Source of the DNA: a virus | Reading direction: 5' to 3' (one strand) | Length of the DNA: 64,000 nt | Virus record (IMG/VR): IMGVR_UViG_3300025108_000016 | Part shown: positions 1-11,700 of the stretch, one piece after another | Layout: each line of letters begins with the position of its first letter | Position numbering within the stretch: position 1 is the stretch's first letter | Notes under the pieces: model-generated | Told to the model about the DNA's origin: nothing | The model's database searches: none | The model's input: the letters and a program-made list of their open reading frames with translations, nothing else | Translations under genes and position numbers: made by a program

Positions 1-2151
1 TATACTGATGGCGTAGTACAGGGTGCAGCAGGAAACCAAATTACAATTACCGCTGCAACACCAAATCCACTTTATTATTATTGCCCGAACCATAATGGAA
101 TGGGTGGCGAACATACAATTGATTTAAACAACCCTAAAGTATTTGGTTCTAATTTAGAAATTCTAGTTTCATCTGTTGATGTTGATGATATTATTAGTGC
201 GGATATTAACTTAGGTATTTTTGATGCTGTTAAGTTAACTTCAGAAACTTCAACCATTGGCGAAGGAACCTTCACGACAAGTGCTACTGCGCCTCTTGGT
301 ACTATCGATACATTAAATTCAACTAATATTATTGCTGTTACTGGAGGAAATTTAAATCTCACTTCTGCAGCAGATCTTATATTGCAAGCTGTTGAAGTTA
401 AATTTGGTACAGGTATTAAATTAAATTCTGCTCTCAATTTAATTGAGACTACTGGAGAAATTAAAACAACTACCAAACTTAATGTTAATGATAGACTCAG
501 TATTGTTAATAACAATATTTCAACAACTTCTCTTGATGATATTGTACTAACTCCTGGTCTTGGTAAAGTTGCAAAAGTTGATACCACAACTGCATTTACA
601 ATTCCTGTTGGTACTACAAATGATCGTCCTGGTGTGCTCTCTGTAGAGAGTGGTCAGATTAGATTTAATACAGATACTAATCAGTATGAGGGTTATAGTT
701 CTACTGCTGGTGCATGGAATTCTCTTGGTGGTGTACGTGACCTAGACGGAAATACCTTTATTCTTGCCGAAGAATTTATCGGTGCTAACGATAATACACT
801 TTATTTCGTTAATGATGCTGTCACAACAATGAAGTTGGACAGAAACTTCCTTGATTTCTTTACAACTAAAGATATTAAATCTACTAGAATTGGGGCACCA
901 GACAATAGAAATTGGAACACAAATACTCCTGTTACTCAAGGAGAATATCTAAAGTTTGGTTTGAATCTATTTGAGGTAGTAACTGCTGGTGTTACTGGAA
1001 CATCAGGTAATGAACCTAGAAATACTACTGGAAATAATTTCAATAATGGTAGTTCTGTTCTTAAATTTGATTCTCTAGCAGTTGCTCCAATTGACTTTAA
1101 TGAAGTTGAGATTGTTAGGATTGGTTCAAGCAATCCAATTCCTCTAGAGATTAATGGCGATTTGAAATTGTTTAACAATACAATTTCTACTAATGTTAGC
1201 GACCTTGAGTTTGTTCCAAATCCAGGACAAAAAGTTAAAATTGATTCCAACACATCTCTTGTAGTTCCAGTTGGAGACTCCAACTCTAGAGGAAATGCCG
1301 AGACAGGTTCTATTCGCTATAACACAAGTGACCTAACATATGAAGGTTATGATGGATCTCAGTGGGGATCTCTCGGTGGTGTTAAAGACGTTGATCAGAA
1401 CACTTACATTATTCCTGAAACTGCTCCTGGCGCAAATGAAAATATTCTATACTTCTATAATAATGGTCTGAACACCCTGCAACTTACTGAAAATGCATTA
1501 GAGTTTCGTGACATTGATACCATCACTTCTTTGGGAGCAGGTGGTATCAAAGATTTGCTTAATATTAATGCAAATAAAGTTACATTTGATAATCTCGCAA
1601 CTACGCTTGATAATACGAGTGCTGACTCTACCTTCTTATTTTGCACAAAACAAAATTTTGATTTAGGTTTATCTGCTGGTTTGACTACAGATACATTGGT
1701 CAGACTTACAGCTGACGGAGATGTATTCTTCAACTTAGGTTTTGGAACAGGAAATTACAATGATCTCAAGATTCTTGATAGCGAACTGAGTGCATTTGAA
1801 CTACAAAAATTTGCAGTTCGCACTGAGCAAAGTAATCTAGTTAAAGATACTATTGATCAAGGTGCCACAGTTCTTTATAATCCTGCAGTAGAAGCATCGG
1901 CAAAGGTAACACTAACAGCACATAATAAAACTTCTGGAAACAAAGAATTTTTAGAGTTTGCTGTTATTGATAACGGCACTGATATTTCATATACTGAATA
2001 TAATAATCTTAAGACTGGACAAGAAATTGTTTCAGTCGAATTCGACTTTGATGCTAATAGTGATGTTCGCATTACATATACATTGGATACGAATTTAAAT
2101 ACAGGTAATGTAGTAGACGTTACAGTCGTCAATCAAGTAACTAAGAGGTAA
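1..2151 (+). CDS. Virion structural / fibre protein (5'-truncated by the window)
   Basis: Frame +1 is open from base 1 (…LYYYCPNHNGMGG…, a motif common in cyanophage structural proteins). It has two internal ~200-aa repeats (IPVG..RP..G.IR(F/Y)NT...YEGY..W.SLGGV.D.D.NT.I..E..GAN.N.LYF). Confidence 0.75.
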   Translation, partial: YTDGVVQGAAGNQITITAATPNPLYYYCPNHNGMGGEHTIDLNNPKVFGSNLEILVSSVDVDDIISADINLGIFDAVKLTSETSTIGEGTFTTSATAPLGTIDTLNSTNIIAVTGGNLNLTSAADLILQAVEVKFGTGIKLNSALNLIETTGEIKTTTKLNVNDRLSIVNNNISTTSLDDIVLTPGLGKVAKVDTTTAFTIPVGTTNDRPGVLSVESGQIRFNTDTNQYEGYSSTAGAWNSLGGVRDLDGNTFILAEEFIGANDNTLYFVNDAVTTMKLDRNFLDFFTTKDIKSTRIGAPDNRNWNTNTPVTQGEYLKFGLNLFEVVTAGVTGTSGNEPRNTTGNNFNNGSSVLKFDSLAVAPIDFNEVEIVRIGSSNPIPLEINGDLKLFNNTISTNVSDLEFVPNPGQKVKIDSNTSLVVPVGDSNSRGNAETGSIRYNTSDLTYEGYDGSQWGSLGGVKDVDQNTYIIPETAPGANENILYFYNNGLNTLQLTENALEFRDIDTITSLGAGGIKDLLNINANKVTFDNLATTLDNTSADSTFLFCTKQNFDLGLSAGLTTDTLVRLTADGDVFFNLGFGTGNYNDLKILDSELSAFELQKFAVRTEQSNLVKDTIDQGATVLYNPAVEASAKVTLTAHNKTSGNKEFLEFAVIDNGTDISYTEYNNLKTGQEIVSVEFDFDANSDVRITYTLDTNLNTGNVVDVTVVNQVTKR

Positions 2152-2153
2152 AA

Positions 2154-2663
2154 ATGGCATCTAATTTACAAAATTTAGATTCGCTAGGAGGTTTTTCTGT
2201 TGACAATACCACTATTGTTAACGAAACTTTTGATATCAAAAATGTTAATAGTCTGCAGGTAAAAAATTCTTTTTTTGCAGATAGTTATACAGAGCATTAT
2301 ATTATGAGAGGACTTAACACGTCTATTCTTGAAATTAATGATACTGGTGGTCAAATTTTTCTACCAGACAATACTATTAATTTTATTGAATCTACTATTG
2401 TTGGAGTGAATGATTCTGGTGGAGGAAATTTACTACAGAAAATGGAAAGTGCTATTTCTGTAAATTCTGCTGGTAGTTTAGCAGAAATGTCAACAATGAC
2501 CACTATCATAAAAGATACTGTTCCGCAAGGTCAAACTTGGACTATTAATCCTTTTGTTGGTGGTTCTTCAAATTCATTTAGTTATACAACTTCTAGAGCA
2601 GGTACAACCATTTCTATCAAGTGGATTGCATACGCTAGAGTTGTTAGCATTCAATGGACTTGA
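2154..2663 (+). CDS. Virion structural protein
   Basis: 169-aa beta-rich ORF, tightly coupled to the upstream fibre gene in the tail cluster. Confidence 0.6.
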   Translation: MASNLQNLDSLGGFSVDNTTIVNETFDIKNVNSLQVKNSFFADSYTEHYIMRGLNTSILEINDTGGQIFLPDNTINFIESTIVGVNDSGGGNLLQKMESAISVNSAGSLAEMSTMTTIIKDTVPQGQTWTINPFVGGSSNSFSYTTSRAGTTISIKWIAYARVVSIQWT

Positions 2664-2665
2664 TG

Positions 2666-2672
2666 CTAAATA
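2666..2672 (+). promoter_or_regulatory. T4-like late promoter (CTAAATA)
   Basis: Variant of the gp55 consensus TATAAATA, 40 nt upstream of the giant fibre gene. Confidence 0.65.
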
Positions 2673-2711
2673 GATAAGAGAATAAAACCTACGGCAAAGG
2701 CTGAGTAAGAA

Positions 2712-5700
2712 ATGAGTTTTCAGTTAAATTCCGACAGAGAAACTATTAGAGCCATTGCTCCTACTCTAATTGGATCTCAAGAATTATCCATTAGGGCAGG
2801 TTCTGGTTCTGACGAAAAGGAAGTACTCAGAACTCTACTTGATCCAGGGACAGACTTGCCGCGAGTCGGTATCAATAGGACTGGAAATAGAATTGACAGA
2901 GTTGTAGTAAATTTAGGTGGTACTGGATACACTATTCAACCAACTGTTAATATTGCTCCACCACCAGCTGGTGGTACTCAAGCAGTAGGTTCTGCAATTA
3001 TTGATGAAGGTTTTGTTACTGCCGTTCTTATTGACAATCCTGGTAAAGGATACATCACTGCTCCTGCCGTAACAATTACTGGTGGTAATGGTACAGGTGC
3101 TCAAGTCGAGGCATTCCTTGATACTGTTGATTTTGAACTTGACATTAATGGTGCTATTAGAACATCTACGTCGATCATTTCAGACACGGCGAGAATTCTA
3201 AACCTAGATATTGATAACTTTATCACTCCAGATGCTAAGTTTAGAGCACCTGATCTGAAAACTTATATGAACAACACGGGCATCCCATGGACTGCCCAAA
3301 CTATTGTTCAGAAAGATGCTTATAGGTATAGGGGTCCAAACGTTTATCAAGCACTGAATGCTGGTGAAACGGGAACTGTACCACCTCTACATAAAGATGG
3401 TATTGAAACCAACAATGAAGTTCAATTCAAGCATATTGGTTTTAGAGTAACTGATCCTTCAGCGTTCCAGTATAATGAGACTGGAGAATCTGGAGAGTTC
3501 CCTCGTTCTATCACACCTCTACTTGGTGATAGATCTACTAAAATTGCAACCACAGAATACGTCCTCAACCTAGCAACGAATGACGTTGGTGGTCGTATTT
3601 ACGTTTCAGCACAGATTGGTTCTGACCTAAACGATGGTCGTTCTGCTGTTGCTCCTGTTAGAACAATCAAGAAGGCAGCACAACTTGCATGGGCAACTCC
3701 TGGTGTCAAGGAGACTCTTATTGTTTCTGGTGGTGATTACGTAGAAGATAATCCAATTTCACTACCACCTGATGCATCAGTTGTTGGTGATAACCTACGT
3801 TTGGTTATCATTCGTCCTGCTAACCCAAGGAAGCACATCTTCAAGTTCGGTGACAAGAACTATGTCATTGGTGTTACGTATCGCGACCAAGTTGACTCTA
3901 CTGGAGATGCAGTAGCAACTTGGGACTTTGCGATGGTCTTTGACGACAAGCAAAGAATCAATTATGACTATACAGCAAATGGAGATTTCGGAACCTCTTT
4001 CCCAATTGGTACACAAATCTTTGGACCAGAAAAATTCCGTGCAGACTTCCAAACAAACACAGGTCTTGCAAATCTTACATCAAATTTAGCAGTCAAAGGT
4101 ATCAACACTGGTGCTGAAGGTATTATTAATGAAGTAAACTTCGGATCTATCGTTGGACCACAAGCTTACATTTCTGGTAAACTTGATTTTTCTGTTACCA
4201 GTGGCGCATTTACAGCGGGTGAAACTTTCTTGTTTGGTGGTACAGGGTCTATCAAATGGACTCCAAATACATCATATACAATTGGACAACTAGTTTGGGC
4301 AACTGATAATGTTTATCAAGTAGCTGTTGCTGGTACTTCTGCTGCATCATCTCCTATTCATACTACGGGAACAGTTGCTACTGGTCCCGATACACTAGAA
4401 CTTACGTTCCTTAGAGATGCATACGAATTTGTATCTACTGATATTAGATCAATTAGAGCAGAAGGCGAAGTTGTTTTTGAAGATACCAACATTACTGATG
4501 CTCTACCTCTCGTAAGAATTGATTTCTCCAAGCAAGGCACTGCAGAAGTTTCAACTGGTGGTTTTCAAGACCCTAATGTTGTAGAAGATAATGGTGGTAT
4601 TATATTCTACACCAATGCTTTGGTTGGTAGGCAGAACACTCATGATTTTAAGGAAGGAGATGAAATCGTTATTGAGGGAATGCCTACCAGTTCTCCTGAT
4701 CTATCTTTCCTGAATGGAAAGCAAAGAATTTACAAAGTTCTGGAAGATGCTGATGGTCGTTCAAGACGTTTTGTAATCCCCAAGAAAACTACGATTACTA
4801 CAACTGATAATTTTGATCCAGGTCAATTTTCATCTGTAAAACGTTATGGTAAGTCAATTACCATCTCCTTGCTGAACTCTCCTAATAGATTCCCAATGGC
4901 AACACCTGTTGCCAGAAGATTTCAAGATGCTTGTTTGCAAATTAGAAACAACGTAGAATTTATTGCAGATGAAGTTGTTGGAAAAGTTAATGATCAATTT
5001 AAGAAAGAATATTATTCTGTCTACGAAATTGGTGGCACTCCAGATTCTACACTTACTCCAACTGATGTAGACTATGATCCTGCTACTGGCATCGCTACAT
5101 TTACAGTAACTAGTCATGGACTTAGTATTGGAGATGGCGTTAGAATTACGGATGATTCTATCACACAAACCTGTGCGATGGATGGAAATAGAACAGAACA
5201 TACTTCACCTAATTCTCATCATTATTCTAGCGGAAAGACTCTACCAATTCGTTCTTCAGGATTTACAACTGATCAGTTTGAACTTTTTGTTGGCATCTCT
5301 GGTCCTGACCAGCAATTTACACCTACTGATGTAACTTACGATCCTGCAACTGGAAATGTAAATCTAACAATTGGTGCTCATACATTATCTGTTGGAGAAG
5401 GTATTGTTATTGATGACAATTCATTGTCCTTTACGTGTGACATGGATGGCGATCAGTCAGTTAAGAGTTATCCACGTCCTGGTATCGATCCTTTTGCTAG
5501 TAGATCTATTCCTATTACGGAAGTTTCTGAAACTAGTATTACTATCAATGCAGGAATTTCTGGTCCCAATAAGTATTTCCAACCATCTGCTGTAAACTAT
5601 AACGCTGCGACTGGTGACATGACTGTCACAGTTGGTCAGCATGGACTCGGAGTTGGACGCAATGTTGTTCTTGAAGATAACTCATTCACATTTACTTGTG

Positions 5701-8700
5701 ATCAAAATGGATATGCAACCGAGCATACTTATCCACGTCCTGGATCAGATCCTTATGCAGGTCAGTCAATTGCTATTACTGATGTAGGAACCAATTCCCT
5801 AACAGTATCTGGAGCAACTTACACCGCTTCAAATGGTCAAGTTGATATTACTACTTCCGCACCACACGGAATGCAAGAAGGTGATTATATCTTGTTTGAA
5901 GATAACTCACTAACCTTTACGTGTAACCTGGATGGAAATGTAGTCAGTAAAAATTATCCACGTCCTGGTTATGACTATCCTAGTGGAAGATGGTTGCCAA
6001 TTAGCAACATTTCAGCAAGTGGTTTTAGAGTTAATATTGGATCTTCTAGTTATGTTGGAGTACATTCTTTTGTTTCCGCAACAAATAATGGTCTAAAGCA
6101 TCAAGATGGAACATTCACAATTAATGTTGGTAATGCAGGTACTGCGTCAGGATCAAATCATCAGTTTGTAAGTGCAACTGCTCAAGCAATTAAGCATGAA
6201 CCGCAATCTGTTCATACGTTTACTGGTTCAACATCGAATTCAGTAAAACATCTACCTCAATCTGCACATACGTTTGTAAGATCTGCGCCAAACTCTCTAT
6301 CTATTGGTGGTTCTACTCTCAAAATTTATCTCGGAACATCTACTTTCGTACACACGTATGTAAGTGGTGGTGTTGTAACTTACAATTCTCAAAATTATAA
6401 TATTACTAATTTTGTTTACGATAATATTTCTACTGGTGAAGCAACTATTACCCTAGCAAGTCCAGTTGCTGCTTTGTCTGAAGATGCTACCGTTAGAATT
6501 TCAGATTTAGTTGTAGAGTGTGTAGTAGATGGTGTTACTACCCAAAAAACTTATCCAAGTTTCAGCATCCCTGTAAACGATAACAAGTGTCGTAGAGATG
6601 TTGGACATTTCATTAGTGCAATTACTAGAGACCTTGAGTTTGGTAGCAACTATAATGTTATTGATGCAGCGAAAAAATATATTGATGGTACTAACACCCA
6701 GATTGATTTTGTCAATAACGAAATTATTCAGACAGTACGTGCTCTAGAATATGCAAGAGAACTGATCACTTTTGCTATGAGAAAGTGGCGTACTGGAACT
6801 GGAGCTCCTGGTCAAGCAATTTATGTTCCTCAGTATTCTCAACTTGATAGATATTTTGACCCAACAATTATTGATGATATTTCAACTCCTGCTTGTGCTA
6901 ACGTAGCATCTGCTATTGATACACTATCATATCTGTTTATTGATGTTCTTGCTAATAATACCAATGGAACTTATCTAGATGGTGCTTATTTAATTGCTAG
7001 AAATAGAGATTTGATTGCTGATGAAGCATACAAACTAGCAATGATCCAATACCCTTCTCTTGGATTAGGTAACATTGATGAGCGTAAGTGTCGTAGAGAC
7101 ATCAACCATATCATTAGTGCAATTATTAGAGATCTATCACTGGGAGGAAATTTTGGTATTGTCAATGCAGCAGAATTCTATTTCACAGGAAATGCTCTAA
7201 CTGGAATACCTGCATCTGAACTTGCTCCTACAAGGTTTGCATTCGAGAAAGCAAGAGATTTGTGTATCGCAGCAATGCGTAATTGGACAGATGCAGCTGG
7301 TGCTGCAATTGCCACACCTAATTCAGATATTCCTCAATTCACTGATAGTTCAATTCTTGTAGATCCTACTGGTGTACCTTTATGTGCAAACGTTGAAGCA
7401 TCTATCACAACTGCATTCCAACTACTAGATGACATCTTGAGTGGCACTACTTCTCCTGGTGCTACAGTAAGAGATACAGGAACTTTATTTGATACTTCAA
7501 CTATTGCTACTTTCCCTGATAGCATCATTTACGATAGTAAAGGTACAAAACTAACTCCACGTTCTGATTTTGCTGATAATCCTATCATTGAAGCATCTCC
7601 ATACACCCAGAACGCATCTGTTATCTCCTTCCTAGGTGGTGGCGGTGCTGAGGTTGATGGAGACAAGGTTAAGCAACCTAACTGCCCCTTCCCTGGTCTT
7701 GAGTTAGACGGATCAGCATCCTTCCCCAATCAGGGTAAGTCGATGGTTGCATCAGCCTTTACTATCGTTTCTTTCGGTGGTACAGGTTACAAAATTACTA
7801 ATGATGGTTATGTTCAGTTAGTTTCTGTATTCGTTATCTTCTGTGCCGATGGCGTCCTTGCTGAGTCTGGTGGTTATTGTTCAATTACAAACTCTGCTAC
7901 TAACTTTGGTATCTTTGCTCTCCGTGGCATTGGATTTAGAAAAGATGCATATGAATTTGATGTTGGTACAATTAGTAATGTATCTTCCACTCCTACAGGC
8001 AGAACAATCTTCACAGTTTCTGGTTTAGGAAGAGAACCACTTGAGCACTATATTGTTAAAGTTGATGGATTCTCGAACGTAGATCCAGATATTGAATACT
8101 TTATTGATACCGTAGAAGGAGTAACAGTTGGTCCTCCTTTCACTGCTCAACTAACACTTGAGTCTGGTTCTGGTGGTGGCGCGGCTTTGAAAAATGACGC
8201 TACTGATAATGCAGTTTCTGTTGGTACTTTGGTTGGTGAAACAGTAAGACTTCACAGACCATCTATTGTTAACTCGTCTTCACATACGTGGGAATTTGCA
8301 GGATCAGGAACCAACTATAATGCACTGCCAGAGAACGGCGGTACTAAAATTGAAGCATACGAACAAGTTTCTGAAAATTATGGTCGTGTTTATGTTTCTG
8401 GTACTGACGAACTAGGAGACTTTAAAGTTGGTACATTTGCGAGAATTGAAAACAGAACTGGTAATATTACCTTCACGGGTACTGTTACAATTTCGGAAGT
8501 TGAATTCTTGAAACTAAAAGGTGGCGACGTTGTTGTTACTGGTTTCGACGCATCCAATACACTTGGTGGTGCAAATACTACTAACTCTAAACTGCCAACA
8601 CAGAAAGCAGTTAAAGATTACATCACCAATAACCTCGGTCCATATCTAAACAAACCATATTCAACTAACCCTGTTCCTAGAGCACTGGTTGAACTTACTG

Positions 8701-11700
8701 ATTCTGGTAAGATCTCAGAAGATCAGATCCCACCTCTTCGTCCTTTCCAAGTATTTACAGTTGCAAACCAATCAGAAAGAGTTGCTATTGAAGGAGCACT
8801 TGCTGGTGACATCGCAATCCAACAGGATACTAACTCTTCATTCATTCTAAACAATGATAATGATAGTTTGTTTGTATCGTTCCCAATTGATTCCAGTCTT
8901 CAGTTCACCATTGGTGACATCTTTACTGGTAGTAATTCAGGCGGTAAAATTCAATCAACTGAATATAGAGAAGGTGTTGTTTATCAAATCAGTATTACTG
9001 ATAATGGTTCTGGTTACGTTACTCCTCCTGTTGTAACTATCTCTGGTGGTAATCCTCAAGCAGGTGCTGTTTCAGCATTTGCTACTTGTTCGATTGCAAA
9101 TGGTCAAGTTGTCCTAGTTGAGATTCAACTATTCAATAACTTTATTGGTGGTAAAGGATACACTACTCCTCCTACAGTTACGTTCTCTCCTCCAGCAGGT
9201 TCTGGAACGCAAGCAGCTGGTTCTGCTATAATTGAGTCCAGACTCTATGGTGATATCGTCAACAATATCAAGATAGAAGATACAGATGATATTGAATCTA
9301 GTGATGTTCCTTCCGAGACTATTGCTATTACCCGTGTTATTAATACTTCTGCGAGTGATAGTAATAACTGGGTATCTCTATCTTCCAATCAAATTGCTGC
9401 TAATGACATTACATCTGGTGTTATTTCTACAGCAAGACTAGCATTTACTTCAGATGCTGCAAACTCCTTCACATTCCTTAGAGGAGATCAGTCATATAAT
9501 CCTGTTATTCAATCACTTAAAGGTGCTGAGACTAGATATTTTGCTAAGATTACTTCACAAGCAAACAGCAGTTCTTCGCAATTAGTTTTTGCTACTAATG
9601 CTGATGTACTTCTTGGTCATGAAGTTGTAGCAAACATTAATGGTATTCAACCTAATACTAATATCTCTGGTATTCTTACTGCTGCTGGAACAACTACAGT
9701 TTCAATTGATAATCCACTAACAGCTACAATTCCAGTCAACACAGTTATTGAATTTGAGCGTGGTTCATCTCCACTAACATTTGAATCATCACTTACTCAA
9801 GGAGACTTTATCGAATCCGTTGTTATTGCAGCGGGTGGATCTGGATTTACTGATGGTCAATACTTTGATATAGAACTAGATGGTGGATCTGGTACAGGAC
9901 TCAAAGCAAATATTATTGTAAGTGGTGGTACAGTTTCAGATCTAACACTTACTTCTACTGGTGTTGGATTCCTAAATGACTTCACAGTCAGTTCTGCTCC
10001 AGGAGCTATTGGTTCTGGTACTGGTTTAGTTCTACTTGCAAAACTCAGTACAGTTAATAAGCAATTTGCAAACGTTGCTGTTGATATCTCTAGAGTTTCT
10101 GATCTAACTATTTCTGCTGACGAATACGGAACAATTGGTGTTGCTAGATTCTATAAAGATCAATTTAAAATTGGTCTTGCTGGTAATGGTTCTATTCAAC
10201 TTAAGACTGGAGCAGACTCTGGTCTTGATGCTGACCTTCTCGATGGTGTTCAAGGATCTTTCTACCTTAATGCAGGTAATCTAAACGCAGGTGTTCTGCC
10301 CGTTGATAGATTATCTGGTACTTATAATATTAATATTGCTAACCAGTCTGGTAGTACATTAAGACTCAAGTCTTCTACAAGTAACCCAGCATCGAATCCA
10401 AATCCTGATTCGTTTAACGTTGGTATTATTGCAGATACTAGAAATAATGCTGCTGATGGTCTAGCAGATGGTGGCACACGCCACGTTACATTGACTATCA
10501 GAAATGGTGGATCTGGTTTTGATGCAACATTTGGTGGTGTAAGACAACTTGCATTCACTGATAACGATAATATGTATCTTAGAGGTTCTGGTTCTACACT
10601 AGCAACCTTTAGTACATGGGCAAAGATCTGGTCTTCTCAGAATGATGGCGTCAACTCTGGACTTGATGCTGATAAACTTGATGGTCGTCAAGGAACTTTC
10701 TATCAGAATGCTATCAATACAAATGAAGGTATATTCAGTGATCTTAGAATGCCTTCTCACCAAACACAGAAGGACTTCCAAGATAGAGTTAGAATTCTTG
10801 ATTGGACAGGTCAACCAAGATATAAAATTCTTGTTAGAGATGAACTACTAACTGCATCCCCATTCTTAGTTGGTTTGCCAGTTAACTTGTATGATGCTCA
10901 AGGTCTTGCTCCTGGTCGTATTTCAATTACTGATATTGCCATCAACCAAGATGCCAATGATCCTTCTAATAATTTCACTCTAATTACAGGTACACTAACA
11001 ACAGGTAACTTTATTGGAGCGATTGCAATTGGTGATACCGCAATCAACTATCCTTTCCAAGATTTTAGTATTGCGGACCTAGACGCTAATGCAGATGGAC
11101 TACCCGATGGTACATTTGAAGTTGGAGGACTTGAAAGTACTGGTGGTAATGCCAGATTGAAACTTGGTAGAAACGATGGTATCTCTGCTTCAGATCCTTC
11201 CGTCTACTTCAGATCTTCTCTCCAACCATCAACTAACTACAGCTCCGCAATCATTGCTACTGGTGGTAATTCTACTGATGGTTCTGGTTCTCTGGAATTC
11301 AAAGTAGCAAATGTAAATCAGTTAACTATACTAGGTAACATTCTTTGGAATGAAGGTAACGTAGTATTCAACTCCTCTAATGTATTATCAACAACATCAC
11401 TGAAGTCTGCAGTATCAAGAGACACCAGTGGAAACTTTAGTGCTGGAACAATCACTGCTTCTCTAACTGGTGCTGCTTCGCTTAACGTTCTTAAGGCAGG
11501 CGATACAATGTCAGGTCTGCTCACCATCGGTGGAGTAGCGGCAGGAAGTCAAGCATTGAGCGTATCTGGCAGAGGAGATTTCTTAAGCAATATTACAGTT
11601 GCTGCTGACCTAACAGTCAACACTAACACATTGCACGTTGATGCTACAGATGATACAGTAAGCATTGGTACAACTACTTCTGATTCTGCAGTAAAACTTC

